From contig OY969926.1 of the NCBI GenBank assembly GCA_963704645.1, positions 64,001 through 128,000 of the forward strand: DNA of 64,000 nucleotides, read 5' to 3'. A model generated the notes under the pieces. The model did no database searches. It had not been told where the DNA came from and worked only from the letters and a program-made list of their open reading frames with translations. This DNA is from an uncultured bacterium. Its GTDB lineage: Bacteria; Patescibacteriota; JACMRA01. The translations under genes and the position numbers were made by a program. Below are positions 9,478-18,723 of the stretch, one piece after another; position 1 is the stretch's first letter; each line of letters opens with the position of its first letter.

Positions 9478-9497
9478 ATGATGTATATATACATCAT
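9478..9497. promoter_or_regulatory. Perfect 20-bp palindrome, candidate operator between XRE gene and divergent unit
   Basis: ATGATGTATATATACATCAT equals its reverse complement; downstream of TTGACA at 9449. Confidence 0.6.
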
Positions 9498-9500
9498 ATT

Positions 9501-9608
9501 ATGAACCACTACTTTACTATTAAAAGAATTATTAAACTGCTATTTGGATTAGTAGTTGGCCTGTTAGTGTTTGCCTTTGTTTGGTGGGTTTTGGCAAGGG
9601 TTGGGTAA
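9501..9608 (+). CDS. Small 35-aa single-pass membrane peptide (not in ORF track)
   Basis: MNHYFTIKRIIKLLFGLVVGLLVFAFVWWVLARVG*: basic N-terminus plus one hydrophobic helix. Confidence 0.55.
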   Translation: MNHYFTIKRIIKLLFGLVVGLLVFAFVWWVLARVG

Positions 9609-9680
9609 AAATTTAACCTTCCAAACTTTATTAAAGAAACAACATTGACAAATTATACTATCTGGTATAGTTTAATTATT

Positions 9681-11231
9681 ATGCTTCAAGCAATTATATA
9701 CTGCCGTGTTTCTAGTGAAAAACAGGTAACTCAAGGACATGGTTTAGATAGCCAAGAAAAAAGATGTAGAGGGCACGCAAAAAGTCGGGGTTATAAAGTA
9801 ATTAAAATTTTTAGAGAAGAAGGTGTGTCTGGAAAACATTTAATTAGGCCAGAGATGGAAAATTTAATTCAATACCTTTCTAAAAATGCAACAAAAGAAA
9901 ACCCTGTCGCTGTTATTATTGATGATTTAAAAAGATTCGGCCGTGAAACTGAGAACCACTTTTCTCTCAAAAAGAGGATTTATGATAAAAATGGGTTTCT
10001 TGATTCTCCAAGTTTTAGATTTGAACAAAACCCTAATAACAAATTTCTTGAAACAATGTTGGTGGCACACGGAACTTTAGAACGGGAAGAAAATGCCATA
10101 CATGTTAAAAATAAAATGGTTGCCAGATTAGAATCTGGGTATTGGACAAGTAAAGCACCAACTGGCTATAAAATAGTGAATAAAACTGGAAGTGGTAAAA
10201 TACTAGTTATAGATGAAACTTATGGACCAGTTATAAAACAAGCATTGGAAAACTTTTCAAATCAGATTATTTTAACACAAATTGATTTCTGCAATTATCT
10301 TAACAAGCACGGTGTAAAAATTAGCGCAGAAGGAGCAAGAGGAATTTTAAAAAGTGCTGTTTATGCTGGCTATTTAGGAGGAAATGGGTACACAGTAACT
10401 TTAAGACCAGCAAAGCATGAGGGGTTAATTAATTGGAGTACCTACGAGAAGATACAAGGTTTAATCAAAGGCAAGGCCAAGGTAATATATCACTCAGACA
10501 ACGCTACAGACTTTCCTTTAAGAAACTTTATAAAATGTGCCACTTGCCAAAACTTAATGTGCTCTAATTGGGTTGCAGGAAGAAGTAAAAAATATCCCTA
10601 TTATGTTTGTAAGAACAGGTATTGCGATGAATTTAACAAAAATATTTCAAGGGAAGATGTTGAAAGTGAATTTGTAACCATTTTAGAAACAATAACACCC
10701 AAAGGAAATGTATTAAACTTAGCTGAGGCTATTTTAAAAGATGTTTGGAAAAATCAAGATACAGATAACTCAAAAATCGAAAAGGCTCTTAAAACGAAGC
10801 TAAATGCAATTAAACTAGAGTCTGGAAATATAATTGATAGAATATCTAAGACCGAGAGGCAATCTGTGATCAGCATCTATGAAAATAAGTTAGAGGAAAT
10901 TGAAATTGAAAAAGAAAATTTAACAAACCAAATAAAAAATTTAAATACTAACAAGCCAAACTTTCAAACCAGCTTAAAATTAGTTTTAGAATTTATACAA
11001 AATGTAGGAAATATCTGGTCTAAAGGTAATTTAGAGCTTAAACGTTTGGTTTTAAAATTGGTTTTTGATAACTTCCTAGTTTATAGTAAAAAAGATGGTT
11101 TTCAAACCGCCACTTTATCTGGAATATATCAGCTATTTTCTGTTTTTGTTACTACCAAAACAAGTATGGTGGACCTTAGCGGGTTTGAACCGCTCACCTC
11201 TTCCATGCCATGGAAGCGCTCTACCAAATGA
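9681..11231 (+). CDS. Large serine recombinase (integrase)
   Basis: AIIYCRVSS catalytic Ser, EEGVSGK..RP, DDLKRFGR, recombinase domain, Zn ribbon CATC...YYVC..C, coiled coil. The TTG at 9645 is the -35 box (TTGACA-17-TAGTTT), so ATG 9681 is the likely start. Confidence 0.95.
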   Translation: MLQAIIYCRVSSEKQVTQGHGLDSQEKRCRGHAKSRGYKVIKIFREEGVSGKHLIRPEMENLIQYLSKNATKENPVAVIIDDLKRFGRETENHFSLKKRIYDKNGFLDSPSFRFEQNPNNKFLETMLVAHGTLEREENAIHVKNKMVARLESGYWTSKAPTGYKIVNKTGSGKILVIDETYGPVIKQALENFSNQIILTQIDFCNYLNKHGVKISAEGARGILKSAVYAGYLGGNGYTVTLRPAKHEGLINWSTYEKIQGLIKGKAKVIYHSDNATDFPLRNFIKCATCQNLMCSNWVAGRSKKYPYYVCKNRYCDEFNKNISREDVESEFVTILETITPKGNVLNLAEAILKDVWKNQDTDNSKIEKALKTKLNAIKLESGNIIDRISKTERQSVISIYENKLEEIEIEKENLTNQIKNLNTNKPNFQTSLKLVLEFIQNVGNIWSKGNLELKRLVLKLVFDNFLVYSKKDGFQTATLSGIYQLFSVFVTTKTSMVDLSGFEPLTSSMPWKRSTK

Positions 11232-11242
11232 GCTAAAGGCCC
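11167..11242 (-). tRNA. tRNA-Ala(GGC)
   Basis: GGGCCTTTAGCTCATTTGGTAGAGCGCTTCCATGGCATGGAAGAGGTGAGCGGTTCAAACCCGCTAAGGTCCACCA; G3:U70, encoded CCA. Confidence 0.97.
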
Positions 11243-11452
11243 TTACCTCTTAAGCAAGTTAAAAGCTTGATAAATTGTCAATTTATAAACAACTAAACAA
11301 CAACTTTTTATACACTTAATTATAGGCAAAACCCCGTAAATTAGCTATGTTTGGCATAAACGGTTAAGAACCTAGTAAAAAAACTTGCATATTATAGAAA
11401 TGTGAATTATATTTAATTATAACTTATAAACAAATGTAAGTTCAAAGTTTGT

Positions 11453-11872
11453 ATGTCAATCATTAAAAAATTCTTAGCTGGTAGCATTTTAGCTCTAGCA
11501 CTTTTCGCCTTTGTTTCAGCTGTTCCAGCTTCCGCACAAAGTTTACTAGCTCCAACATGTGGAGGATCAACAGGCAACGCTTGTCCTTTAATTGGAGACA
11601 CTCAAATTGATGGTTCCAAAGAAGGCCTTTCAGGTATTATTTTAACAATCGCCAGATTTGCAGTTTACATATTAGGAGCTATTGCTGTACTGTTCTTAGT
11701 ATACGGTGGTTTTCTATATGTTACTGACGATGGAAGTGGTTCTAAAGCCAAACAAGGAGGTACAATTTTTAGAAACGCTGTTGTTGGTTTAATTCTAGCC
11801 ATCGCCGCTTTCGCAATTGTAAACGTAATTGGAAGCTTGGTATCTGGAAACTTAGTTGAAGGTATTCAATAA
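11453..11872 (+). CDS. CPR-type pilin (VirB2/TrbC-like)
   Basis: Signal peptide (PASA/Q), Cys pair, GAIAVLFLVYGGFLYV..G....AK....RNAVVGLIL. Confidence 0.85.
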   Translation: MSIIKKFLAGSILALALFAFVSAVPASAQSLLAPTCGGSTGNACPLIGDTQIDGSKEGLSGIILTIARFAVYILGAIAVLFLVYGGFLYVTDDGSGSKAKQGGTIFRNAVVGLILAIAAFAIVNVIGSLVSGNLVEGIQ

Positions 11873-11896
11873 ACTTAATTAGTTTAAAAACAAAAC

Positions 11897-11924
11897 AAGG
11901 CCCCGAAAGGGGCTTTACATTTTT
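11897..11924 (+). terminator. Intrinsic terminator after pilin
   Basis: AAGGCCCC-GAAA-GGGGCTTT then T-rich tail. Confidence 0.8.
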
Positions 11925-11977
11925 GCAAAAATATGAGTATAATAGAGGTAGAAGAGTTAATTTAGGAGTTTAGAATT

Positions 11978-12523
11978 ATGAAGAGTTTATTTCCAGCTTT
12001 GTTAGTATTTGGAGGAGCTACCTTAGTTTCTCAGTTATCTTTTTCAGAAAGGGCAATTGCTCAAAACTACATTCCACTGAATTCCCAAATTGTTGAGCGT
12101 TGTAAAATTGCTAGAACATTTGACGCTGAATATCGAGTTGGAGGTGGTTGCAATTTTTTCCATGTGACTGCATACTTTAAGGGAAAATTTAGTAACCCAA
12201 TCGTCAACAATTCATCAGGCTGGATTTTGCTAGAAACTCCAAGCGGCAAACCAATAGGTATTTGCTATAGAGCAGGAACCAAGGTTCACCCGAATCTTTA
12301 TGGGTATCAATGCCAAGATGAAGTATCTCAGCCACAAACAACTTGGCAAAACTCTGGAAACACTGGTTACTACAATCAAACCCCAGTGCAACAACGACCT
12401 ACTTTTAGGGTATGTGCAAATACAGGAACTAGAAATACTACAAGTGTTTCTGGCAAGATTGGAGATTGGCGTTTAAACACCTCAACCACAACCTATCAAA
12501 ATGGAAACGGTTGTAATTACTAA
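11978..12523 (+). CDS. Secreted Cys-containing hypothetical protein
   Basis: AGGAG SD, signal peptide ending AIA/Q, 6 Cys. Confidence 0.75.
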   Translation: MKSLFPALLVFGGATLVSQLSFSERAIAQNYIPLNSQIVERCKIARTFDAEYRVGGGCNFFHVTAYFKGKFSNPIVNNSSGWILLETPSGKPIGICYRAGTKVHPNLYGYQCQDEVSQPQTTWQNSGNTGYYNQTPVQQRPTFRVCANTGTRNTTSVSGKIGDWRLNTSTTTYQNGNGCNY

Positions 12524-12592
12524 AAATTTCTTTACCGTTCTGGCTTAGATACAATTTATCAAGCCCATGGGAATAAAATAACAACTTATCGT

Positions 12593-12625
12593 TCTAGTTA
12601 TCACCTTTGGTAACTAGACTTTTTT
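12593..12625 (+). terminator. Intrinsic terminator
   Basis: TCTAGTTATCA-CCTT-TGGTAACTAGA-CTTTTTT. Confidence 0.75.
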
Positions 12626-12648
12626 ATTGGGCGAAAATTTGAATTAAA

Positions 12649-12933
12649 CCTGTAGCGGCGAAGCTTGCGAGCCATTAACTCTAAAAATCATATAACTAAT
12701 GGATATCTCGCAAAGTTAAAAATTCCGCTCTGTAGAGGGGTGGCAAATTCGTAGAATTTGACGGGGTGTTTCCGTATAAGAATAACTTTTGTAATACACA
12801 TCTGAAATTTTTTATATTTTAATGACGAATTAAAATAAAACCCGTAGCGGCGAAGCTTGCGAGCCACACACTTTGTAAAATCAATTATAGAATTTTCAAA
12901 ACAAAAAAATGGAGGGACAGGCCCTCCTCTACA
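12649..12933. repeat. Cluster of palindromic repeats: REP-A at 12649-12674 and 12841-12866, double-hairpin repeat 12725-12770, GTAG variant 12911-12933(-)
   Basis: GTAGCGGCGAAGCTTGCGAGCCA copies identical to those at the RAYT locus. Confidence 0.85.
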
Positions 12934-12948
12934 GTATATACTTATTTC

Positions 12949-13572
12949 TTACTTGCAACTCCACTGACCTGCTTGACCTCTGGCAAACATGTAGGTTGCA
13001 ACGTAGATTTGAGCTTTTGGATCCCAGATACTGGCGTCAGCTAAACCAATTCGTTTTGCATTAGCAGCAAAAGTTTTAGGCATAAACTGGAACAAACCAG
13101 AAGCTCCACTTCCACCACGGTTTACTGCATTAGCACGCCCTCCGCTTTCGCAGTACATAACCCTAATTACTTGGTCTGCATTGCAACCTAGCTCATTGCA
13201 ACGTTCACGAATTAAACTTTCGTAATCGAAACTGGCAAAACTTGTTGAACTTGCTTTTGCTGAAAGAGTAGCTGCAGCTTTTATTTTGTCAGCTTTCTCT
13301 TTAGCAATTCTAGCTTGCTCGGCTTTTTGTTTTTCTTGCTCTTCTGCAATGCGTTTTTCTTCGGCAATGCGTCTGTCTTCTTCAATTTTAGCTTGAATTA
13401 AAGGAAGGGATTGCGTAGTATAATAACTTTGCAAAGTTGTGTAATCAGATGCTAAGGAATTATAACTTCGCACTGAAATTGGTAAATATTCTTGGCTAAT
13501 TGTATTAGCTGAGACTGAAATTGGGTTTATAATAGCTAAAGTTGCTAGTAAAAGGATTTGAGCTTTAAGCAC
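12949..13572 (-). CDS. Secreted lytic transglycosylase (SLT domain) with coiled-coil linker
   Basis: VMYCESGGRANAVN, ASGLFQF, WSC end; signal peptide. Confidence 0.9.
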   Translation of the reverse strand: MLKAQILLLATLAIINPISVSANTISQEYLPISVRSYNSLASDYTTLQSYYTTQSLPLIQAKIEEDRRIAEEKRIAEEQEKQKAEQARIAKEKADKIKAAATLSAKASSTSFASFDYESLIRERCNELGCNADQVIRVMYCESGGRANAVNRGGSGASGLFQFMPKTFAANAKRIGLADASIWDPKAQIYVATYMFARGQAGQWSCK

Positions 13573-13718
13573 AGATGTGTTAGGTGGCGAACCTAAGTAT
13601 ATGTTAGCCGTTAAAATTCAGCCTGGAATAGAATATATTATTTGTCAATGTTAGTGCCAAACAAAAACCAAAAGTGCTTTGTAATTCAAGTTTATCCCTC
13701 CCCGGAATGTTGAGGCAT

Positions 13719-13745
13719 TGTCACCCCGAACTTGTTTCAGGGTCT
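13719..13745 (+). repeat. Palindromic repeat family C (TGTCACCCYGAACTTGTTTCAGGGTCT)
   Basis: 26/27 identical to the reverse complement of 55525-55551; related copies at 26528 and 53652. Confidence 0.8.
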
Positions 13746-14058
13746 GAATGTGGAGTGAGACTTCCACAAGGCAAGTAACCAGTTTAGGCCGAGCGCATTC
13801 CCCGTTAACTTTTATCTCAGAATTGTAGAAAAAGAAAAGTACCATACACCATTTTACAAATTCCAATAGGTGCGGCTGCCTCTTCGCTATGAGTATAGCC
13901 ACAAGAATTGAACATTATTGTGTCATCATAATCAGACATGATTGCCAGAAACATGCAAAATACAGATTTGAGTATTTTTTTAAATTCAAGACACCTTCAC
14001 CCAAAAAATATATATCCAACTTCTTCCAAATCTTCTAATAAATCTTAGTTAAACCAAC

Positions 14059-14113
14059 AAAAAACCCACCTAATGGTGGGCTAAAGTCTGCAGTCCTAAC
14101 CTCCGCAAACCTT
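14059..14113 (-). ncRNA. Candidate structured small RNA or leader: 11-bp hairpin followed by terminator
   Basis: Minus strand AAGGTTTGCGG-AGGTTAGGA-CTGCAGACTTT, then CCCACC-ATTA-GGTGGG-TTTTTT; TTGACA on minus strand at 14196-14201. Confidence 0.35.
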
Positions 14114-14263
14114 AATTTTATAGAATATCTATACCTAGTTTTAACTTTGAAATTAAACCTAGATTAAAATTCAGAAAGAATAAACTAACAACAAATGTCA
14201 AGATAAAAGCAACAAAGCAGTTAACCCCTTGTCAAAACTGTACTGGCTTGTTTGAATAAAATT

Positions 14264-15865
14264 ATGTTTTCTATCTCCAAGAGACCAACCATTAAAGAAA
14301 TATGGAATTTGTATAAAGAAGAAAAAGCTACGCCTTCTCAAGTTACTCATTTCTTTTTAAATAGATCTAAAGAAGTAGATAAAAAGGTTAAATCAATTTT
14401 ACGTTATACCGAAGAATTAGCAGTTACAGAAACAACCAAAGCTGATCAAATTTTGGAAGAATATATTGCCAAAGGTGATAACTGGTTTGAAGATCTTGTT
14501 GCAAATTATCCACTTTTCGGCATTCCTTATTGTTTAAAAGATATTACCATGGCCCAGGGTGAAGTTTTTTCAGCAGCATCACTTATGTTAAAAGGTTTTG
14601 TTGCCCCCTACTCTTCCACTTTATTTTTGAAGTTAGAAAAAGCTGGAGCAATTTGTATTGGTGTAAGCAACATGGACGAATTTGCCCACGGAGCCAGCAC
14701 CGAAAATTCGGCGTATGCAATAACTACGAACCCTTTTGATGAAAACAGAGTTCCTGGAGGATCTTCAGGCGGAGCTGCAGCTAGTGTAGGTTCTGGTCAG
14801 GTTGTATTTTCTATAGGAACAGACACAGGAGGTTCAATAAGATTACCAGCTAGCTTTTGCGATTGCGTAGGTTTAAAGCCAACATATGGATTGGTTTCTA
14901 GGTATGGCGTAATGGCAATGAGCTCTAGTATGGAGCAGCCCGGACCTATAGCTAACAACACCGAAGATGCACTAAGAATTACTTTAATTTTAATGGGTAA
15001 AGATCAGAAAGATCAAACTAGTATTAACTCTGAAGATTTAGCAACTAAGTTGCAAGAACAGCTGGAAAGTATTGAAAAAATTCAACTTGATGACAAGAAG
15101 AGTGACAAACAATATTCAACATCTAAGCCCTTAAAAATTGGCCTTCCAAAAGAATTTTACAAAGCTGGAATTCATCCAAATATTGTAGCCGCTTTAGAAG
15201 AAACAAAGCAAAAACTAGCAGATGCTGGCCACACCTTTGTGGAAGTTAGCATTCCTGCAATTCAACATGCAATTTCGGTTTACTATTTACTGCAAACCGT
15301 AGAAGTTTCTAGTAATTTAGAAAGGTACGATGGAATTAGATACGCCAACTATGAAAAAGTTGAGAACAAAGATAATTTGTATTATCAGCACAGACAGAAT
15401 TTTTTTGGGGAAGAAGCCAAGCGTAGAATTATGCTAGGAACTTATACTTCTAGCGCTGGTTACTACGATGCTTTTTACAATCAAGCCATGAAAGTAAGAG
15501 AATTAGCCAGACAAGATTTTGCCAAAGCTTTTGAAAGTGTTGATGTTTTGCTAACCCCAGTAAGTACAGATTTCCCATTTTTAATTGGTGCAAAAAGTGA
15601 AGACCCATTAAGTATGTATTTAACCGATGTGTTTACATGTGGAATTAATCCAATTTTAATTCCTGGTCTTGCAGTTCCTTTAGGTCTTTTCTCTTCTAAT
15701 GTTGAGGAAATTAATGAAGGTGAGGACGGCGAGGAAGTAAAAAAGGAAAGTAAAGCAGACTTGGAGAAAGAGGTTAAATTACCAGCTGGATGCCAATTAT
15801 TAGGCCCAGAATTAAGCGAAGCAAACTTGTTCCAATTAGCCAAAGAAATAGAAATTCTTAGGTAA
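14264..15865 (+). CDS. gatA: Asp-tRNA(Asn)/Glu-tRNA(Gln) amidotransferase subunit A
   Basis: NMDEFAHG, PGGSSGG, GTDTGGSIRLPA, SSNLERYDG, KRRIMLGTY. Confidence 0.97.
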   Translation: MFSISKRPTIKEIWNLYKEEKATPSQVTHFFLNRSKEVDKKVKSILRYTEELAVTETTKADQILEEYIAKGDNWFEDLVANYPLFGIPYCLKDITMAQGEVFSAASLMLKGFVAPYSSTLFLKLEKAGAICIGVSNMDEFAHGASTENSAYAITTNPFDENRVPGGSSGGAAASVGSGQVVFSIGTDTGGSIRLPASFCDCVGLKPTYGLVSRYGVMAMSSSMEQPGPIANNTEDALRITLILMGKDQKDQTSINSEDLATKLQEQLESIEKIQLDDKKSDKQYSTSKPLKIGLPKEFYKAGIHPNIVAALEETKQKLADAGHTFVEVSIPAIQHAISVYYLLQTVEVSSNLERYDGIRYANYEKVENKDNLYYQHRQNFFGEEAKRRIMLGTYTSSAGYYDAFYNQAMKVRELARQDFAKAFESVDVLLTPVSTDFPFLIGAKSEDPLSMYLTDVFTCGINPILIPGLAVPLGLFSSNVEEINEGEDGEEVKKESKADLEKEVKLPAGCQLLGPELSEANLFQLAKEIEILR

Positions 15866-15931
15866 AATACACAAGCAAAACTGTATCTGGAATACTTTAA
15901 ATTAAATCAATTTGGCCTAAATTACAAAGCT

Positions 15932-16315
15932 ATGACTTTACAAAATTTCTTCAGAATTCCAGCTGTAAAGCTAACTGTTCATATTTTAATAGTGGCTGGT
16001 CTTGTAACAAATATTTGGCAGTTTTATAGAATTTGGGATATTAACAAAAAAATTGAAAGTGAAAACAGACAATTGCAAATTTTGCAACAGCAAACTAACG
16101 ATGCAAGAAATCAGAAAGATTATTTTAGCAGTGATTTATATAAAGAAAAATACAGCAAACAAGATTTAAACTTTAAGAAGAAAGGTGAGGAAGTCATAGA
16201 CACATCCTTGTTAGAAAACGTGAACGATAGTTCTGGAAATAGCTACATTCCTTCCGCCAGTGCAAACAACAATAGCAACGTTGAAAAATGGCTTATTTAT
16301 TTATTTGGGGAGTGA
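15932..16315 (+). CDS. FtsB/DivIC-like septum formation initiator
   Basis: One TM helix, coiled coil, YKEKYSKQDLNFKKKGEEVI. Confidence 0.75.
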   Translation: MTLQNFFRIPAVKLTVHILIVAGLVTNIWQFYRIWDINKKIESENRQLQILQQQTNDARNQKDYFSSDLYKEKYSKQDLNFKKKGEEVIDTSLLENVNDSSGNSYIPSASANNNSNVEKWLIYLFGE

Positions 16316-16428
16316 AATGGGAGAACGTCATGGAATAGTTTAACGTATACGAGCCTGAACTTTAGAGTTGAAGCCATTCACTGACCGTTAACTTTCGAGC
16401 CCTCAGTAAAACAGATTACAATTTAATT

Positions 16429-18243
16429 CTAAATTTTACCCAACTTTTTTGCCAGCGCTATGGTTTCTTCTAAAAGTTTTTGCGTGCTTTGAACAGATTC
16501 AGACCAAAATTGCTTATTGTGAATATCAACCCCTAGATCGGCAAACAAATCAACTGGAGATTTGGAAGAACCAGCAGACATAAACTGTTTAACTTGTAAA
16601 ATATAGCCATTATCTTTTTCAAATTGTGCCTGCATAAACTTAGAAATTAAAAGACCACTTGCGTAAGAGTAAACATAGAAATAACTGCGAATGTGGCTCC
16701 AGTATACCCACCAATTCTGACTTCCCTCGTCTTGACCTACAAAATCTCCCATATAATTAGACATGTTTTTCGTAAAAATTTCGCCAAATTCTTGCTTAGA
16801 TAAATAGCCTTTTTCTTTGTAAGCAGAATGAAGATCGCTCTCAAAATTATAGCAGGCAACTTGTCTAAAAATTGTACTAACGTCGTCATTTAGCTTATTC
16901 ATCATAATGGCCAAACGCAGTTCCTCATCTGCATTTTCTAATATATTTTTCAATACAAAATCTTCCATAAAAGTAGAAGAAACCTCTGCTGTGAACATAG
17001 ATCCGTCTCTGTTTAAGGCATTTTGGTTTTTGTTGAACAAATGATGGTGAATTGCATGGCCCATCTCATGAGACAAGGTTAAAACGTCGTTTAACTTATT
17101 GGTATGGTTTAGCAAAACGTAAACTGGCACTTTAGCTGACCCGGATGTACAATATGCTCCGCCTGCCTTGCCGCTTCTAGGAAGAACATCAAACTGTCCA
17201 TTCTTTAACATATTTTCAAAAATTTCCAGAAACTCTGGGTCTAGTTTGGCGAAAACTGATCTAACTAATTCAACCGATTCTTCCCAAGAATATTTTTTAT
17301 CTAATTTTCCGTAAGGAACATTTCTTTCATGATAGGCCAGCTTTTCCTGACCCATTAATTTAGCCTTAAATTCGTAATAACGGTTGGGTATACTAAAATG
17401 CTCAGTCACCCCACCAACCAAAGCATCTACAACATCTGAAGGCACATCATCCGACAAATGCCTAGATTGGTCTGGCCTGGAATAACCACGCAAAGCATCC
17501 ATATTTTTTCTGTAACCAAGAACGGCGTTCATTTCATTTTCGGCAACATCTAGGTTAGTTTCCAATATTTTGTTCAAAGCTTTTACGGCAGAAGTTCTAG
17601 TTTCTATGTTAAGATCGCTAATAAAACCAAACAATTCATTAAAAGTAACTGTTTTGTTTTCACCATTAACCAAAATTTCAGCCTCCGTTGTGTTCAAGAA
17701 TTTATCTGTCATTTCAACCCAATTGGTATAGGAAATGCTTCGCTGCATTGTTAAAACCTTTTCAGCCTCTTCACTTAAAACGTGCTTAGCTTCTTCAAAA
17801 AGTCTAGAAAGAAAATGATGATAATCTGACAACTCTGTAGCTTTTAGAAACTTTTCTTGATTTTCTAACTCTATTTTAGAAATTCTAATTGGGAAAAATT
17901 GTAGCAAATTAGAAATATCCTTAGAAATGTCTTCAGCCTTGCTATTTTTGGATCTTAATTCTGTATTGTTTTGCTCTTGGTCTAAGCGTAAAGAAAGGTA
18001 ATAATAACCAGCAAAAGAGCCGTATTCTTCTTCGTAGTTTAAGTATTCATCTAATGCTAATTTAAGCACGCTAGGGTTTTCTAGATAGTCTGTTCTGTTA
18101 ATCCAATTCAAGTTAAATTGCTTAGCTTTTTCTAAACATGCATCTAGATTTTGTTGAATTTTAGGGTCAGAATCGGAACTGAAAAGTGATTTAAAATTCC
18201 AAGTTAAATTATTATTTAGCGAATTTGGGGTGTTATTTTCCAT
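16429..18243 (-). CDS. pepF: Oligoendopeptidase F (M3B)
   Basis: TWNF..LF, GKAGGAYC, TLSHEMGHAIH, AEVSSTFME, HIRSYFYVYSYA. Confidence 0.95.
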   Translation of the reverse strand: MENNTPNSLNNNLTWNFKSLFSSDSDPKIQQNLDACLEKAKQFNLNWINRTDYLENPSVLKLALDEYLNYEEEYGSFAGYYYLSLRLDQEQNNTELRSKNSKAEDISKDISNLLQFFPIRISKIELENQEKFLKATELSDYHHFLSRLFEEAKHVLSEEAEKVLTMQRSISYTNWVEMTDKFLNTTEAEILVNGENKTVTFNELFGFISDLNIETRTSAVKALNKILETNLDVAENEMNAVLGYRKNMDALRGYSRPDQSRHLSDDVPSDVVDALVGGVTEHFSIPNRYYEFKAKLMGQEKLAYHERNVPYGKLDKKYSWEESVELVRSVFAKLDPEFLEIFENMLKNGQFDVLPRSGKAGGAYCTSGSAKVPVYVLLNHTNKLNDVLTLSHEMGHAIHHHLFNKNQNALNRDGSMFTAEVSSTFMEDFVLKNILENADEELRLAIMMNKLNDDVSTIFRQVACYNFESDLHSAYKEKGYLSKQEFGEIFTKNMSNYMGDFVGQDEGSQNWWVYWSHIRSYFYVYSYASGLLISKFMQAQFEKDNGYILQVKQFMSAGSSKSPVDLFADLGVDIHNKQFWSESVQSTQKLLEETIALAKKLGKI

Positions 18244-18328
18244 ATAATATTCTATAGCAAGAACATAAAATGATAACCTACCAATGTCAAAGTTTAAAAA
18301 ATTTAAATTTTATATTTTGTTTTTATTT

Positions 18329-18405
18329 TGGTAGCGGCGAGTGGGATCGAACCACCGACCTCAGGCTTATGAGTCCTGCGCTCTAACCAACTGAGCTACG
18401 CCGCC
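18329..18405 (-). tRNA. tRNA-Met(CAT), elongator type
   Basis: GGCGGCGTAGCTCAGTTGGTTAGAGCGCAGGACTCATAAGCCTGAGGTCGGTGGTTCGATCCCACTCGCCGCTACCA. Confidence 0.93.
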
Positions 18406-18480
18406 ATGCCTTATAATTAATCTGGAATAGGCATGCTTTGTCAAGATTACTGATATTGTGCAAATAATAATACTTTTTTT

Positions 18481-18716
18481 AGGGGTGGCAAATTTGCAGT
18501 ATTTGACGGGGCGTTTCTTGGAAATATGCTTGTTACATTAAATTTAGTGGGTGGCGAGACAGGCTCGCCTCTACACGCATTTCAAAGTTTTTAGTTTTAA
18601 TTGATTCGCTTAAAGGCTCTTACGGACCGGGCTTAAATTATAAACTTAATCTCTTGGGGTCTGAAAATTAAGTAATTGGATTTTTAAGGTTAATGGCTCG
18701 CAAGCTTCGCCACCAC
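18481..18716. repeat. Repeat cluster: double-hairpin remnant 18481-18517, GTAG variant 18550-18575(-), REP-A 18694-18716(-)
   Basis: Matches to 12736-12770, 50215-50240 and the RAYT-flanking REPs. Confidence 0.8.
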
Positions 18717-18723
18717 AAGATTC

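Larger units (their letters stand above)
1..11242. mobile_element. Integrative genomic island (right arm) inserted at the 3' end of tRNA-Ala; left boundary outside window
   Basis: Integrase plus XRE regulator abut and overlap the tRNA 3' end; accessory cargo to the left, housekeeping-type genes to the right. Second att copy not visible. Confidence 0.75.

Noticed and set aside
13573-13650. c-di-AMP (ydaO) riboswitch upstream of the SLT gene
   Set aside because: Only a GCTGAA word and one small hairpin; the rest of the consensus is absent and the space is too short
13651-13902. 83-aa minus-strand ORF (and similar 26422-26682, 35507-35749)
   Set aside because: They run through palindromic repeat DNA and have no protein-like features
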